DNA of 64,000 nucleotides from Candidatus Spongiisociaceae bacterium (GCA_965219685.1 CBDCOH010000002.1:4160001-4224000), one strand, 5' to 3'; counted from the stretch's first letter, positions 9,465 to 20,499 are shown. The notes: generated from the sequence alone by a model not told the origin. Made by a program: numbers and translations.

Positions 9465-9606
9465 GGTGGTAACTCTAGAGGGTACTCGCCTTCCGGGACA
9501 GGACGACCACGATTAGCCGGCTAGGTGTGGTAGCTGGCAACTGGCAACTGGCATGGGGCATCGGGCAACTGGTAACGGGCAACGGCCGTTACCATCCGCG
9601 GCGGTC

Positions 9607-10824
9607 ATGAAGCATGTGGATCTCGTCATCATCGGGGCCGGCCCGGCCGGCGCAGCCACCGCGATACGCGCCGCTCGCCAGGGGGTCAAGACCGTTGTGT
9701 TCGATCGGGCGCCTTACGGACGCGACAAGGCGTGCGGTGACGGCCTGACACCGAGGGCCGTGGGTGTGCTTGGCCAACTGGGGATCGATCTCGGCGACGC
9801 CCACCTGATCCACGGCCTCCGGATGATCGCCGGTTCCACCGAGCGCGTGCTCCCGTGGCCGGAGACGAGTCGGTTCCCCGCGTACGGGGCGGTCTGGCCC
9901 CGCCGGGCGCTGGACGCGGCGTTAGTCGACGCGGCCTCCGCGGCGGGTGCGGAGATCGTGTGGAACACCGAGGCGCTGCCTGTCTTCGAAGATGAGCGTG
10001 TGGAGGGGGTCAGGGCGGGTGGCGAGATCTGGAAGGCGCAGATGGTGGTGGCTGCAGGCGGCGCCCCGGGAAAGGTCGCCAGGATCCTGGGGGCGACGCG
10101 TGCGTCACAGGAGCCTTACGGGGTGGCGATCCGCAGCTACGTCTCCTCGCCCCGTCACGCCGAGCGTTACCTCGAGGCATGCCTGACCATGCAGGATGCG
10201 GGTGGTAACTCGATTCCGGGGTACGGGTGGATCTTCCCGGCCGGTGACGGAACGGTGAACATCGGAGCCGGGTCGATGTCGACCATGAAGCGTTTCAAAA
10301 GGCTCAACCTCAACTCGTTGCTCGAGCTCTACCACTCCGGTGTACGGGACTCGTGGGAGCTGGGCCCATACCTGGAGCGCCCCCGGGCATGGCGCCTGCC
10401 CATGAGCACGGTACGAAGGCATGGTCCGGGATGGGTGGCGGTGGGGGATGCCGCCGGGCTGATCAACCCGATGAACGGGGAAGGAATCGACTACGGCCTC
10501 GAGTCGGGAATGATCGCCGCCGACCTCTTCGTCAAGGATCCGGCAAACGCCCCGCGGGCTTACGACCAGGCCATAGGGGAGCGTTTCGATGCCTTCCTGC
10601 GTACCGGTCGGCGATTCTCCTTCCTCATCGGTCATCCCTCGATCCTCAAGGCGGGGCTACGCCTTGCGGTGGGAACTCAGGCCATAGCAGGCGTGACGCT
10701 CCGGGTCATGGGGAACCTCGTCGACTCGGAATCCCCGGGCGTGGCGGGGAAGGTGCTTGCCGCGGCCGACCGTACCCTGGCCGTGGCCGATCCTGTTCTT
10801 CGAAGGACCCGGGCTCGCGGGTAG
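9607..10824 (+). CDS. Geranylgeranyl reductase family FAD oxidoreductase (MenJ-like)
   Basis: IIGAGPAG, RDKACGDGLTPRAV, GYGWIFP, VGDAAGLINPMNGEGIDYG. Confidence 0.88.
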   Translation: MKHVDLVIIGAGPAGAATAIRAARQGVKTVVFDRAPYGRDKACGDGLTPRAVGVLGQLGIDLGDAHLIHGLRMIAGSTERVLPWPETSRFPAYGAVWPRRALDAALVDAASAAGAEIVWNTEALPVFEDERVEGVRAGGEIWKAQMVVAAGGAPGKVARILGATRASQEPYGVAIRSYVSSPRHAERYLEACLTMQDAGGNSIPGYGWIFPAGDGTVNIGAGSMSTMKRFKRLNLNSLLELYHSGVRDSWELGPYLERPRAWRLPMSTVRRHGPGWVAVGDAAGLINPMNGEGIDYGLESGMIAADLFVKDPANAPRAYDQAIGERFDAFLRTGRRFSFLIGHPSILKAGLRLAVGTQAIAGVTLRVMGNLVDSESPGVAGKVLAAADRTLAVADPVLRRTRARG

Positions 10825-11014
10825 ACGGACGTTCGAGACACCCGGACCCGATCAGCGACCTCGCCCGTCACGGGCATCGCGAGCCCTGGTCGCCACCTGT
10901 CGGGAGTCGTGTCATGGACGTAGCGCTCCCGGACGGTCTAGAGTCAGAGTCGGGCACCTTCAGGGAGTCCACGCCGGAGTTTGGTAGGTCGGTCCGACAG
11001 CGAGAGGGCGACAG

Positions 11015-12193
11015 ATGGCAGGAATCACCTTTGATGCGGTGGGCAAGATATATGGCGGCGAGACACGGGCGATAGCCGACGTATCGATAGATGTGGGCGA
11101 CGGCGAATTCGTCGTGCTCGTCGGTCCTTCCGGCTGCGGCAAGTCCACCCTCTTGCGAATGGTGGCAGGGCTCGAGGAGATCACCGAAGGCGTCATCAAG
11201 ATCGGTGACCGGGTGGTCAACGACGTGGCGCCTAAGGATCGCGATATCGCGATGGTCTTCCAGAACTATGCCCTGTACCCGCACATGACCGTGCGGGACA
11301 ACATGGCATTCGGTCTGAAGCTGCGCAACACCCCGAAGAAGGAGATTGCAGCCCGCGTGGAGGAAGCGGCTCGGGTTCTCGAAATCACCGACTTCCTCAA
11401 CCGCAAGCCCAGGGCGCTGTCCGGAGGCCAGCGACAGCGGGTTGCTATGGGTAGGGCCATCGTGCGAGAGCCTGCGGCCTTCCTGATGGACGAACCGCTC
11501 TCGAACCTCGACGCCAAGCTGCGAGTCCAGATGCGATCGGAACTCGGTCTGCTCCATGCCAGGCTCGGGACGACGACTCTCTACGTTACCCACGACCAGG
11601 TGGAAGCAATGACCATGGGAGACCGTGTGGCCGTTCTCAAGGCGATCGCCGACGTGGAGTCGAACCTTCAGCAGATCGCCGCTCCGAGAGAGTTGTACGA
11701 CCACCCGGTCAACCTGTTCGTAGCCGGCTTCATCGGCTCTCCCGCGATGAACTTCGTTTACGCCACCGCCAATTCACGGGGAACTTCGACCACGCTCGAC
11801 TTCGGCGGTCACAGCCTGGCTGTGGACGGAACCTCGCTTCCGGACGGAGTAGCCGGCAAGGAGATCGTCCTGGGTGTCAGGCCGGAGGCGTTCGAGATCC
11901 GGTCGGCGGCCGGCGCCGGTGGAAGCTCGGTGACGGTGGACATCAACCTGGTCGAGCAACTCGGCTCGGAGGCGTACGTGCACTTCATGGTCCCGGTTCC
12001 GCCGGTCGTAACCGCAGACATCGAGGCCCTGCTGGCTGACGAGGGTGCCGACGCCAAGTCGTTGGGCGAGGAGACCAAGTTCACGGCCCGGATAAACCCG
12101 GATCACGCGCCCCGGGTAGGCCAATCCGCTGAGTTGGTCATCGACACCTCGAAGCTGCACTTCTTCGATAAGGAAACCGGCGACGCTCTCTAG
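11015..12193 (+). CDS. Carbohydrate ABC transporter ATP-binding protein (MsmX/MsiK/UgpC family)
   Basis: [45 protein letters not shown]. Confidence 0.93.
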   Translation: MAGITFDAVGKIYGGETRAIADVSIDVGDGEFVVLVGPSGCGKSTLLRMVAGLEEITEGVIKIGDRVVNDVAPKDRDIAMVFQNYALYPHMTVRDNMAFGLKLRNTPKKEIAARVEEAARVLEITDFLNRKPRALSGGQRQRVAMGRAIVREPAAFLMDEPLSNLDAKLRVQMRSELGLLHARLGTTTLYVTHDQVEAMTMGDRVAVLKAIADVESNLQQIAAPRELYDHPVNLFVAGFIGSPAMNFVYATANSRGTSTTLDFGGHSLAVDGTSLPDGVAGKEIVLGVRPEAFEIRSAAGAGGSSVTVDINLVEQLGSEAYVHFMVPVPPVVTADIEALLADEGADAKSLGEETKFTARINPDHAPRVGQSAELVIDTSKLHFFDKETGDAL

Positions 12194-12368
12194 CCCGGCT
12201 CTTCCCGTTAGCTGAGAACCGACGGTCTTAACGCTTGGAGTTGTAGGTTTCTGTACATGTTCACCTGCTTGCCGCCCAATATCCGCCGGAAACCCGGCGT
12301 GCGGGGGTCTTCCTAGCTAACCTTTGAGGGTCCCGCTGCCAGCCGGGCAGCGGAGGAAGGGAGGGAAA

Positions 12369-13697
12369 ATGGCACAAACGGGTCTTGACAGTTTCTTCAA
12401 GATCTCAGAGCGTGGATCCTCGGTAGGAACAGAGGTTCGAGCCGGTGTGACCACGTTCCTGGTAATGGCCTACATCCTATTCGTCAACGCCGACATTCTC
12501 GGCGCGGCCGGTCTTGATCCGGTCTCGGTAGCGGCCGCAACGGCCCTGGTTGCCGGGATACTGACGATTGCGATGGGTGTCTTCTCGAACTATCCGATCG
12601 CCATGGCAGCCGGTCTCGGGCTCAACGCCGCCGTTGCTTTCGGGCTGGTACTCACCGATGGTCTGACCGCCGAGGGGGCGATGGGAGTGATCGTCTGGGA
12701 GGGCATCCTCGTCACCTTGCTGGTGGTCCTCGGGCTGCGGGAAGCTGTAATGGAAGCGATTCCCGCCAGCCTGAAGTACTCGATAGGTGTAGGCATCGGG
12801 TTGTTCATCCTTTTCATCGGGTTGGTCAACGGAGGGCTCGTCCAGGGCGGCGGTGCGATCGTTGAGTTCGTATTCCCGACCACGGTCTCCCAAGGCGTGA
12901 CTTTGATCGGTGTCCTGATCGCGGTAGTGCTCCTGGTCCGCAAGGTCAAGGGGGCGATGATCATTACGATCATCCTCACCACCATCATCGCCTTGATCCT
13001 CGGTGTGGTCGACCTACCCGACAGCCTGGCTGCGACCGTGAGCTTCGATACTCTCGGCGCTGTCGATATGGGCAACGTGTGGGTGGAGATGGGCGCCCTG
13101 GTGGCGATCCTGACGATCTTCACCTTCATGCTGACCGACTTCTTCGACACGATGGGAACCGCTACTGCGATCGTTGAGCAGGCGGAACTCACGGACGACG
13201 AGGGCCGGATCCCGAACCTGCGCAACCTGCTACTGGTCGACTCCATAGGGGCGGCCATCGGTGGCTTGTGCGGTGTCAGTTCCAACACAAGCTACATCGA
13301 GAGTTCGGCGGGTGTTGCGGAAGGCGGCAGGACAGGCTTCGCGTCGGTGGTGACCGGGGTACTGTTCCTCATCGCCATCATCCTGTCCCCTCTGGCGCTG
13401 CTGGTTCCGGGGCAGGCGACTGCGCCGGTGCTCATCCTCATCGGCTTCTTGATGATCGGCTTGCTGAAGCACATCGATTTCACGGATCTGGAAGAGGGGC
13501 TGCCGGCTTTGCTGGCAATCATCCTCATGCCGCTTACCTTCTCGATTACGGTGGGCATCGCGGCTGGCTTCGTGACCCATACCCTGATCAAGATCGTCAA
13601 GGGCAAGGCGAGCCAAGTCCACGTCCTGATGTGGATCGTTACGGCAGCTTGCGTGGTTTACTTCGGACAGAGCCTGCTGAACCACTGGTTCGGATAG
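12369..13697 (+). CDS. NCS2/AzgA family purine permease
   Basis: TEVRAGVTTFLVMAYI, DFFDTMGT, YIESSAGVAEGGRTG. Confidence 0.92.
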   Translation: MAQTGLDSFFKISERGSSVGTEVRAGVTTFLVMAYILFVNADILGAAGLDPVSVAAATALVAGILTIAMGVFSNYPIAMAAGLGLNAAVAFGLVLTDGLTAEGAMGVIVWEGILVTLLVVLGLREAVMEAIPASLKYSIGVGIGLFILFIGLVNGGLVQGGGAIVEFVFPTTVSQGVTLIGVLIAVVLLVRKVKGAMIITIILTTIIALILGVVDLPDSLAATVSFDTLGAVDMGNVWVEMGALVAILTIFTFMLTDFFDTMGTATAIVEQAELTDDEGRIPNLRNLLLVDSIGAAIGGLCGVSSNTSYIESSAGVAEGGRTGFASVVTGVLFLIAIILSPLALLVPGQATAPVLILIGFLMIGLLKHIDFTDLEEGLPALLAIILMPLTFSITVGIAAGFVTHTLIKIVKGKASQVHVLMWIVTAACVVYFGQSLLNHWFG

Positions 13698-13722
13698 ACC
13701 ACAACCCAGATAGGACTCAAGT

Positions 13723-13747
13723 GGAGGGCGCCGAATAGGCGCCCTTC
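13723..13747 (+). terminator. Hairpin after the permease
   Basis: GGAGGGCGCC-GAATA-GGCGCCCTTC. Confidence 0.5.
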
Positions 13748-13752
13748 GCTGT

Positions 13753-13846
13753 GGTGAGTCGTGAGTGGTGAGTCGTGAGTCGTGAGTCGTGAAGTGTTAG
13801 AGCTCTACCAGCCACAAGCCACAAGCCACAAGGCACCAGCCACCAG
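13753..13846. repeat. Heptamer arrays: (G/C)GTGAGT x5-6, then CCACAAG/CCACCAG x4-5
   Basis: Read directly from the sequence. Confidence 0.9.
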
Positions 13847-13858
13847 TATCATCGGCCC

Positions 13859-14869
13859 ATGGAGGAGTTCGTCCGGGGTCTGCCAAAGGCGGAACTGCAT
13901 CTCCACATCGAGGGAACTCTCGAACCGGAGTTGATGTTCGAATTGGCGGAGCGAAACCAGTTGGAGATTCCCTATGGCTCCGTGGACGAGGTCAGAGCCG
14001 CCTACGAATTCGACGATCTACAGGCCTTCCTCGACATTTACTACCAGGCTGCCGAGGTTCTTCGGACGGAGGACGACTTCGCAGACCTGATGGCTGCCTA
14101 CCTGCATCGGGCGGTGGCCGACGGGGTACGTCACGCCGAGATCTTCTTCGATCCCCAGACCCACACCGAGCGGGGTGTCGACGTAGGGACCGTGATCCGA
14201 GGATTCGCCCGGGCCCGTATGGCAGCCGCGGCGGACATCTCCACGACGCTCATCCTGTGCTTTCTTCGCCACCTGCCCGCCCGTTCCGCGGTGGAGGTCC
14301 TTGAGGCGTCCCTGCCTTACCTGGAGCACCTCCAAGGAGTCGGGCTCGATTCGGGTGAGGCGGGCAATCCCCCCGAGTTGTTCGCGGAACCCTACCGGCT
14401 GGCCGTGGAGGCTGGGCTGAGGCCTGTGGCCCACGCAGGTGAGGAGGGTCCCGCTGAGTACGTACGGGCGGCCCTCGACGTTCTCGGCGTGGAGCGCATC
14501 GATCACGGGGTCAGAGCGTCCGACGACCCCGAGTTGGTCCGGCGACTGGCCGAGGAGGGGATCCCGCTGACGATGTGCCCGCTCTCGAACCAGAAGCTCA
14601 AGGTCGTTCCGGATCTGGCCGACCACAACCTGAAGGAGTTGATGCACGCCGGGGTCATGGTGACGGTCAACTCGGACGACCCGGCCTACTTCGGGGGGTA
14701 CGTGGCCGACAACTACCTGGCAATCGCCGAGGCTCTCGACTTCTCGCACGATGACCTGGCTAGGTTGGCACTCAACTCCATCGAGGCCTCGTTCCTGCCC
14801 GATGACCGCAAGGCCGCACTCCGCGAGGAGATCACGGCATACGTAGAGTCGGTAGTCGGTAGTCGGTAG
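13859..14869 (+). CDS. add: Adenosine/adenine deaminase
   Basis: LPKAELHLHIEGTLEP, AHAGEEG, ERIDHG, NSDDPAYFGG. Confidence 0.92.
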   Translation: MEEFVRGLPKAELHLHIEGTLEPELMFELAERNQLEIPYGSVDEVRAAYEFDDLQAFLDIYYQAAEVLRTEDDFADLMAAYLHRAVADGVRHAEIFFDPQTHTERGVDVGTVIRGFARARMAAAADISTTLILCFLRHLPARSAVEVLEASLPYLEHLQGVGLDSGEAGNPPELFAEPYRLAVEAGLRPVAHAGEEGPAEYVRAALDVLGVERIDHGVRASDDPELVRRLAEEGIPLTMCPLSNQKLKVVPDLADHNLKELMHAGVMVTVNSDDPAYFGGYVADNYLAIAEALDFSHDDLARLALNSIEASFLPDDRKAALREEITAYVESVVGSR

Positions 14870-14892
14870 TCGGTAGTCGGTAGTCGGTAGTC
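14845..14892. repeat. Heptamer array (GGTAGTC)6 spanning the deaminase stop codon
   Basis: Read directly from the sequence. Confidence 0.93.
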
Positions 14893-15165
14893 GCAGCCAC
14901 CTCCCGGCAGCCGGCCACGCCGCCCACCATCGACCCATCCACCATCCCAGGGCTGACCACCGGGCTAATGTGGGGGTAACGGATCCCGAAGCTCCTGCGT
15001 TGTTTCTTGCGGGATGACCCCTTCAGGCATCCGGTCTCCGGCGCGATGTGCAGCGGGAACCGGCACGACGCGGGAAAGGCCGGGTCCTGTCTTGGAAAAT
15101 GGTTGTACCAGCGGCCATAATCTGGCGGTCGCCTTGACCGTTGTTGCTCGTCCCTAGGAGTCGTC

Positions 15166-15801
15166 ATGTCGGAGGTCACACTACGAGCGGAGACCGGCCG
15201 CGCCACCGGTACCAGACCGTCACGCCGGTTGAGGAGGCAGGGAAAGGTCCCCGCCACTCTGTACGGTCACGACACCGATGCCGTTTCGGTAGCGGTCGAC
15301 GCCCGCGAGTTGCGGACCGCTCTGTCCACCGAGGCCGGGATCAACGCGGTGATACGCCTACGTGTGGGCAGGGAAACCCACACGTCGCTGGCGCGCCAGT
15401 TGCAGCGCCACCCGACCCGGGGTGACATCATCCACCTCGACTTCGTCAAGATCGCGCTCACCGACCGTGTCGATGCCGTGGTACATGTCGAGTTGATCGG
15501 TGATCCGGTGGGGGTCACCGAGGACGGTGGGATCGTCGAAACGGTCGCGAACACGGTGAACGTGCACACCCTGGTCACTGCCATTCCCGAGTCGATACAG
15601 ATTGACATCTCGGATCTCCGAGCCGGCCAATCGGTAAGGGTGGCTGAACTCCCCGCGTTTGACGGTGTCGACTATCTTGACGATCCCGACCAACCCATCG
15701 TCACCATCAGCCTCCCCGCCGCAGCTCTGGTGGAGGAAGAAGAGCACGAGGAGGGGGACCTCGAGCCGGGAGACCTTGACGAGCCTGGTGCGACGGTCTG
15801 A
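15166..15801 (+). CDS. rplY: 50S ribosomal protein L25/Ctc
   Basis: SRRLRRQGKVPATLYG, QRHP…IIHLDF, acidic tail; adjacent to pth. Confidence 0.95.
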   Translation: MSEVTLRAETGRATGTRPSRRLRRQGKVPATLYGHDTDAVSVAVDARELRTALSTEAGINAVIRLRVGRETHTSLARQLQRHPTRGDIIHLDFVKIALTDRVDAVVHVELIGDPVGVTEDGGIVETVANTVNVHTLVTAIPESIQIDISDLRAGQSVRVAELPAFDGVDYLDDPDQPIVTISLPAAALVEEEEHEEGDLEPGDLDEPGATV

Positions 15802-15959
15802 AAGGAACGTGCCTAGGCCGGCACGGACCGACCGCTCCGCCCGCAAGGTGACGGCATAGGGCCGCCGGAGGTCGGGCGGATCCGGCGACGGGCGACCGGC
15901 GTACCATCAGGCATGTGAAGTTCCGGAAGGCGGGTCGGGGCGGGACGCCGCGGCGTGAG

Positions 15960-16541
15960 ATGAAGGTGATCGTAGGGCTCCACAATCCCGAGCCCAGGTA
16001 CGCGGGAACCCGACACAACGTGGGTGCCGAGGTCGTCCGAGCGCTGGTGGAGGGTCAGGGGGTCAGGTTCAGGCGGGGACCGCGCGGGATGAAGGGCGAG
16101 ACGGCCAGGGTGTCCATCGAGGCGAGGCCGGCGGTTCTTGCGCTGCCGCTTCTCTCCATGAACGTCTGCGGGCCGGCGGTCAGGGCCGTGCTCGCCTATT
16201 ACAAGGTCCGTCCCTCCCGGCTACTCCTGGTGCACGACGACATCGACCTGCCCTTCGGCAGGCTGCGCCTCCATGAAGGCCGCGGCCATGGCGGTCACAA
16301 TGGGGTGAGGTCGGTCATCTCAGCCCTCGGCACCCGGGACTTCTGGCGTCTCAAAGTGGGTCTTGGTCGCCCGCCGGGACGCATGGACCCGGCCGACTTC
16401 GTGTTGGGCAGGTTCACCCGCGAGGAGCGGGAGGAGGTCGGCCACCTGATAGCGGATGCCGCCGGGGTGGTGCGAACCTTCATGGCGGACGCCGACCGGG
16501 CCGTCGCCCAAGCGGCCGGGCGCCGCCCGCCGGACGGTTAG
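15960..16541 (+). CDS. pth: Peptidyl-tRNA hydrolase
   Basis: IVGLHNP…[24 protein letters not shown]. Confidence 0.95.
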   Translation: MKVIVGLHNPEPRYAGTRHNVGAEVVRALVEGQGVRFRRGPRGMKGETARVSIEARPAVLALPLLSMNVCGPAVRAVLAYYKVRPSRLLLVHDDIDLPFGRLRLHEGRGHGGHNGVRSVISALGTRDFWRLKVGLGRPPGRMDPADFVLGRFTREEREEVGHLIADAAGVVRTFMADADRAVAQAAGRRPPDG

Positions 16542-16584
16542 CTTTAGGCGTGCTGACAGGTATCGGAAGAGACCGGATGGGGCA

Positions 16585-18081
16585 ATGAAACGGGCAATCG
16601 GAGCTATCGACCAGGGCACAACCAGCACCCGGTTCATGGTCTTCGACGGCCAAGGGAGGGTCGTCGCCTCCGCCCAGCGCGAGTTCAGCCAGATCCTCCC
16701 CCGGCCCGGTTGGGTAGAGCACGACCCGTTGGAGATCTGGAACACCGTGGAGACGGTGGCGGCCCAGGCCCTCGCCGAAGCCGGCATGAACGCCCGGGAA
16801 CTCGTGGCGGTGGGTATCACCAACCAGAGGGAGACCACGGTCGTGTGGGATCGCACCACGGGCCTCCCGCTGTCCAACGCGATCGTGTGGCAGGACACCA
16901 GAACAGACGCACTCTGCGAGACCCTGGCGGAGGGGCACGGGATCGACCGTTTCCGTAGCCGGACCGGCCTCCCGCTCGCGACGTACTTCAGCGGTCCCAA
17001 GGCGGCCTGGCTCCTCGCCAACGTGGACGGCCTGGCCGGGGCGGCTGCATCGGGCCGGGCGCTGGCCGGAACGATCGACTCGTGGGTCGTGTGGAACCTC
17101 ACCGGCGGCGTCCACGGAGGCCGCCACGTGACCGACGTGACCAATGCCTCCAGAACGCTCCTCATGGACATCCACACCCTCGAGTGGAGCGACGAGTTGC
17201 TCGAAGCGATGGGGGTTCCCCGCTCGATGGTGGCCGAGATAGTCCCCTCGGTCGGGAGGATCGGAGAGGGGATCGGCGTGCTCGACGGGGTGCCCATCTC
17301 CACCATCCTCGGCGACCAGCACGCCGCCCTGTTCGGCCAGGCGTGCTACGAGCCCGGGGAGGCCAAGAACACGTACGGGACGGGCTGCTTCATGGTCATG
17401 AACACCGGCGCCCGGATGGTGCCCTCGACCCATGGTCTCCTCACCACGGTCGCCTACCAGGTAGCCGGCGAGGATGCCGTATATGCGCTGGAGGGCTCGG
17501 TGGCTGTCACGGGCGCCCTCGTCCAGTGGCTACGAGATAACCTGGGCCTGATCTCCGCTTCCGAGGAGGTGGAGGCGCTGGCCGAGGAGGTCGAGGACAA
17601 CGGTGATGTGTATTTCGTGCCGGCTTTCTCAGGTCTCTTCGCTCCGCACTGGAGGTCGGATGCCCGGGGCGTCATCACCGGTCTCACCCGCTTCGCCCGC
17701 CGCGGCCACCTGGCCCGTGCGGCGCTGGAAGCCACCGCATACCAGACGCGGGAGGTGCTGGAGGCCATGCGCGCCGATTCCGGTGTAGCCCTGACCGAAC
17801 TCAAGGTGGACGGCGGGATGGTGGTGAACGAACTGCTCATGCAGTTCCAGGCCGACATCCTCGACGTCCCGGTGGTCCGTCCCCGCGTCAACGAGACCAC
17901 CGCGCTCGGCGCGGCCTACGGCGCCGGGCTGGCCGAAGGGTTCTGGGACGGCACCGACGTTCTGAGGGAGAACTGGCGGGAGGAACGGAGGTGGACACCC
18001 TCCATGCCGCCCGATGCGCGGGAGAACCGCTACCAGAGGTGGAAGATGGCGGTCGACCGTTCCCTGGGCTGGGTCGTCTGA
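16585..18081 (+). CDS. glpK: Glycerol kinase
   Basis: [39 protein letters not shown]. Confidence 0.96.
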   Translation: MKRAIGAIDQGTTSTRFMVFDGQGRVVASAQREFSQILPRPGWVEHDPLEIWNTVETVAAQALAEAGMNARELVAVGITNQRETTVVWDRTTGLPLSNAIVWQDTRTDALCETLAEGHGIDRFRSRTGLPLATYFSGPKAAWLLANVDGLAGAAASGRALAGTIDSWVVWNLTGGVHGGRHVTDVTNASRTLLMDIHTLEWSDELLEAMGVPRSMVAEIVPSVGRIGEGIGVLDGVPISTILGDQHAALFGQACYEPGEAKNTYGTGCFMVMNTGARMVPSTHGLLTTVAYQVAGEDAVYALEGSVAVTGALVQWLRDNLGLISASEEVEALAEEVEDNGDVYFVPAFSGLFAPHWRSDARGVITGLTRFARRGHLARAALEATAYQTREVLEAMRADSGVALTELKVDGGMVVNELLMQFQADILDVPVVRPRVNETTALGAAYGAGLAEGFWDGTDVLRENWREERRWTPSMPPDARENRYQRWKMAVDRSLGWVV

Positions 18082-18160
18082 GGGCCGGATCGGAGACGGC
18101 TTCCGCTCCAGCACCCCGCACGGCCAAGTCGGTAGATCCCGGTGGCAAGTCGGCCGGCCG

Positions 18161-19876
18161 TCATGCCTTCCGGCCGCAGCTTCCGTCCGGGAAACCAGGG
18201 CTCCCGTTCGAGAGGAGGCCCACCGCGTCCAGCTCGCTCCGGTACCGGGCAACGGCCTGCTTGCGGCGTTCTGGCGACCAGAACAGCTCTTCGGCCAGTT
18301 CCTCTGCGATCAGGGGGGCCCATCGAAGACCGTGGTCGGCGCTGGACAGGGCGAGGCAGGTCCTGCGCAGAGCGAAGTCCGCGACCGAGGTGGCCGACTC
18401 GTGGCGGGCCGTGTACACCACCTCGGCAGCCGAGACCGGGGCCGGATGAAGCAGGGTCCCGAGCCGGGGTTTCGCCTCCACAAGCTCCACCACCGCGGTC
18501 GCCTCCGTTCCGTACCGGGCGACCAGCCGGTCCGCGTAGTCCTCCGGTAGCCCGGATCGGAGCCCCCGAGCCCGGAGCCGATCCCGGAAGCCGGGGCTGA
18601 TACCCGCTCCTACCAGGGGCTCGTCGGTGGTCCGGGACGCCAGGTCGACGCCGAGGTGCCGACACACGCGGTCGACGACCCCGACAGCTATTGCCCGGGC
18701 GGAACTCAGCTTTCCCCCGGCCACCCTGAGGACACCGGGTCCCTCCTCGACGATCCGGTGCTCGCGCGACAAGGCGGCGGTCTCCCCGTTGCCCGCCAAT
18801 GCCCGCAGTCCGGCGAAGGCCGCCAGGGGAGTCGCTCCGTCGATGTCCATGTAGCGTCCCAGGTGCTCTTCGAGGTACTCCACGTCCGCCCGCTCCGGCC
18901 GAGCCTGGCCCGGCGGTTCCTCATAGGGGGTGTCGGTGGTGCCTACCAGGGCCAGTCCCTGCCAGGGAATTGCGAACAGCAGACGCCCGTCGTCGGTCTC
19001 GGGCAGCACCAGGGCCTGGCCGCCTAGGGCCAGATCGCCGGCCCGGTACACGAGGTGTACACCCTTCGAGAGCTTGCCGGGCAAGCCCGCCGGCTGTCCG
19101 TCGAGCCCGGGGGGCCGGTAGGCCCAGGTCGCGGAGACCACGGCTCGGGTCCGTACCCGGATCGTCCCCGCCGCCTCCTCGTCCAGGGTGACCCGGAGCA
19201 GGCCGCCCTCCGTGGCGATGGAAGAGGCCCTCATCCCGGAGACCGCAGTGGCTCCGTACCGCCGGACGGCTGTCTTGAGAAGGGTGATCGTCAGGCGGGC
19301 GTCGTCCGTCTGGGCGTCCCGGTAGGCGAACCCCCCGCGCAGCGAGTCCCGGCGCAGCCTGGGGAAGGACATGGCCAACTCCTGGTTGGCGAGCCGGCGG
19401 TGCCGGTCCGCTCCCCGCCGCCGTCCCAGCCGGTCGTACACCGCCAGTCCGGCTCTGAGGCTGAGGGGTAGGAGGGGTCCCGCGGTCAGCCACCCCGGAA
19501 GGTCCACCAATCCTCGTCCGGCGAAGAGCGGGATGACGAAGTCGAGGTCCGCGTAGAGGAAGTCCGCCGTGCGCCGGAGGACGGCCTGTTCCCGCAGACC
19601 GTCCCGGATCAGCCCGAAGCGGAGATGCGGGAGGTAGCGGATCCCACCATGTAGCAACTTGGTCGACTTGCTGGACGTTGCACCGGCGAAGTCGTGCTGC
19701 TCGACCAGTGCGACATGCAGTCCCCGGCTCGCCGCGTCACGCGCGCAAGCGGCACCGATGACTCCCCCGCCGATGACCAGCACGTCGAAGACCCGGGTGC
19801 CGGCCAGGGTGGACCTAGAGGATGATCGGGTCCAAGTTCCCGGGGTGGCCGGCACCCGACGGATTGCCTCCCCCAT
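18161..19876 (-). CDS. glpD: FAD-dependent glycerol-3-phosphate dehydrogenase
   Basis: IGGGVIG, TSSKSTKLLHGGIRYL, DDARL, KGVHL, GGKL. Confidence 0.92.
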   Translation of the reverse strand: MGEAIRRVPATPGTWTRSSSRSTLAGTRVFDVLVIGGGVIGAACARDAASRGLHVALVEQHDFAGATSSKSTKLLHGGIRYLPHLRFGLIRDGLREQAVLRRTADFLYADLDFVIPLFAGRGLVDLPGWLTAGPLLPLSLRAGLAVYDRLGRRRGADRHRRLANQELAMSFPRLRRDSLRGGFAYRDAQTDDARLTITLLKTAVRRYGATAVSGMRASSIATEGGLLRVTLDEEAAGTIRVRTRAVVSATWAYRPPGLDGQPAGLPGKLSKGVHLVYRAGDLALGGQALVLPETDDGRLLFAIPWQGLALVGTTDTPYEEPPGQARPERADVEYLEEHLGRYMDIDGATPLAAFAGLRALAGNGETAALSREHRIVEEGPGVLRVAGGKLSSARAIAVGVVDRVCRHLGVDLASRTTDEPLVGAGISPGFRDRLRARGLRSGLPEDYADRLVARYGTEATAVVELVEAKPRLGTLLHPAPVSAAEVVYTARHESATSVADFALRRTCLALSSADHGLRWAPLIAEELAEELFWSPERRKQAVARYRSELDAVGLLSNGSPGFPDGSCGRKA

Positions 19877-19932
19877 AATCCGGATCGTACCCGCGCCGCG
19901 GGTGTAGTCTGCTCGGCGGGAAGGGAGCAGCG

Positions 19933-20499
19933 ATTTCGATACCAGACAGTCTTGCCCTGTTCCGGGTGCTATGCGTCCCGGTCATCATCGGGCTGGTCGT
20001 GGCGACCGAGCGCACCGACGTCGAGCACCTGTTCGGGTACGCGGTGGTGCTGGTCATCTGTGCCGGCCTGAGTGACTTCCTCGACGGTTACATCGCCCGC
20101 AAGCAGGGCATCACCTCCATCGTGGGGGCGTTCTGGGACACGACCGCCGACAAGATACTGGTGAGCGGGGTTCTCATAGCGTTGGTCTCGGTGGGCCGGG
20201 CGTCGGTCTGGATCACCTTCATCATCATGACCCGCGAGTTCGTGGTGATGGCTGTGCGTAGTGTGGTCGCCATCGACGGGAAGGTGGTTCCCGCGTCACT
20301 GGCCGGCAAGGCCAAGGCCACCGTGCAGTTCGTCGCGTTGGGGCTGGCGATGTTGCGACTTCCCGAGCCGTGGGGCCCGTTCTACCTGGACGAGTACTGG
20401 ATGTGGCTGACGGCTGCGGTCACGATCGCATCGGGCTGGGACTACATCGTCCGCTTCACGGGCGCCGTCCGCGAGGTGGGACGGACCGCTAAGCCATGA
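19933..20499 (+). CDS. pgsA: CDP-alcohol phosphatidyltransferase (PgsA-like); probable ATT start at 19933
   Basis: SDFLDGYIARK…GAFWDTTADK motif. The N-terminal ISIPDSLALFRV matches the PgsA MNxPNxLTxxR pattern upstream of the first GTG (19966). Confidence 0.8.
   Translation: MSIPDSLALFRVLCVPVIIGLVVATERTDVEHLFGYAVVLVICAGLSDFLDGYIARKQGITSIVGAFWDTTADKILVSGVLIALVSVGRASVWITFIIMTREFVVMAVRSVVAIDGKVVPASLAGKAKATVQFVALGLAMLRLPEPWGPFYLDEYWMWLTAAVTIASGWDYIVRFTGAVREVGRTAKP

Noticed and set aside
5822-14892. CRISPR array interpretation of the intergenic repeats
   Set aside because: Units are 7 nt and contiguous, with no unique spacers and no cas genes.
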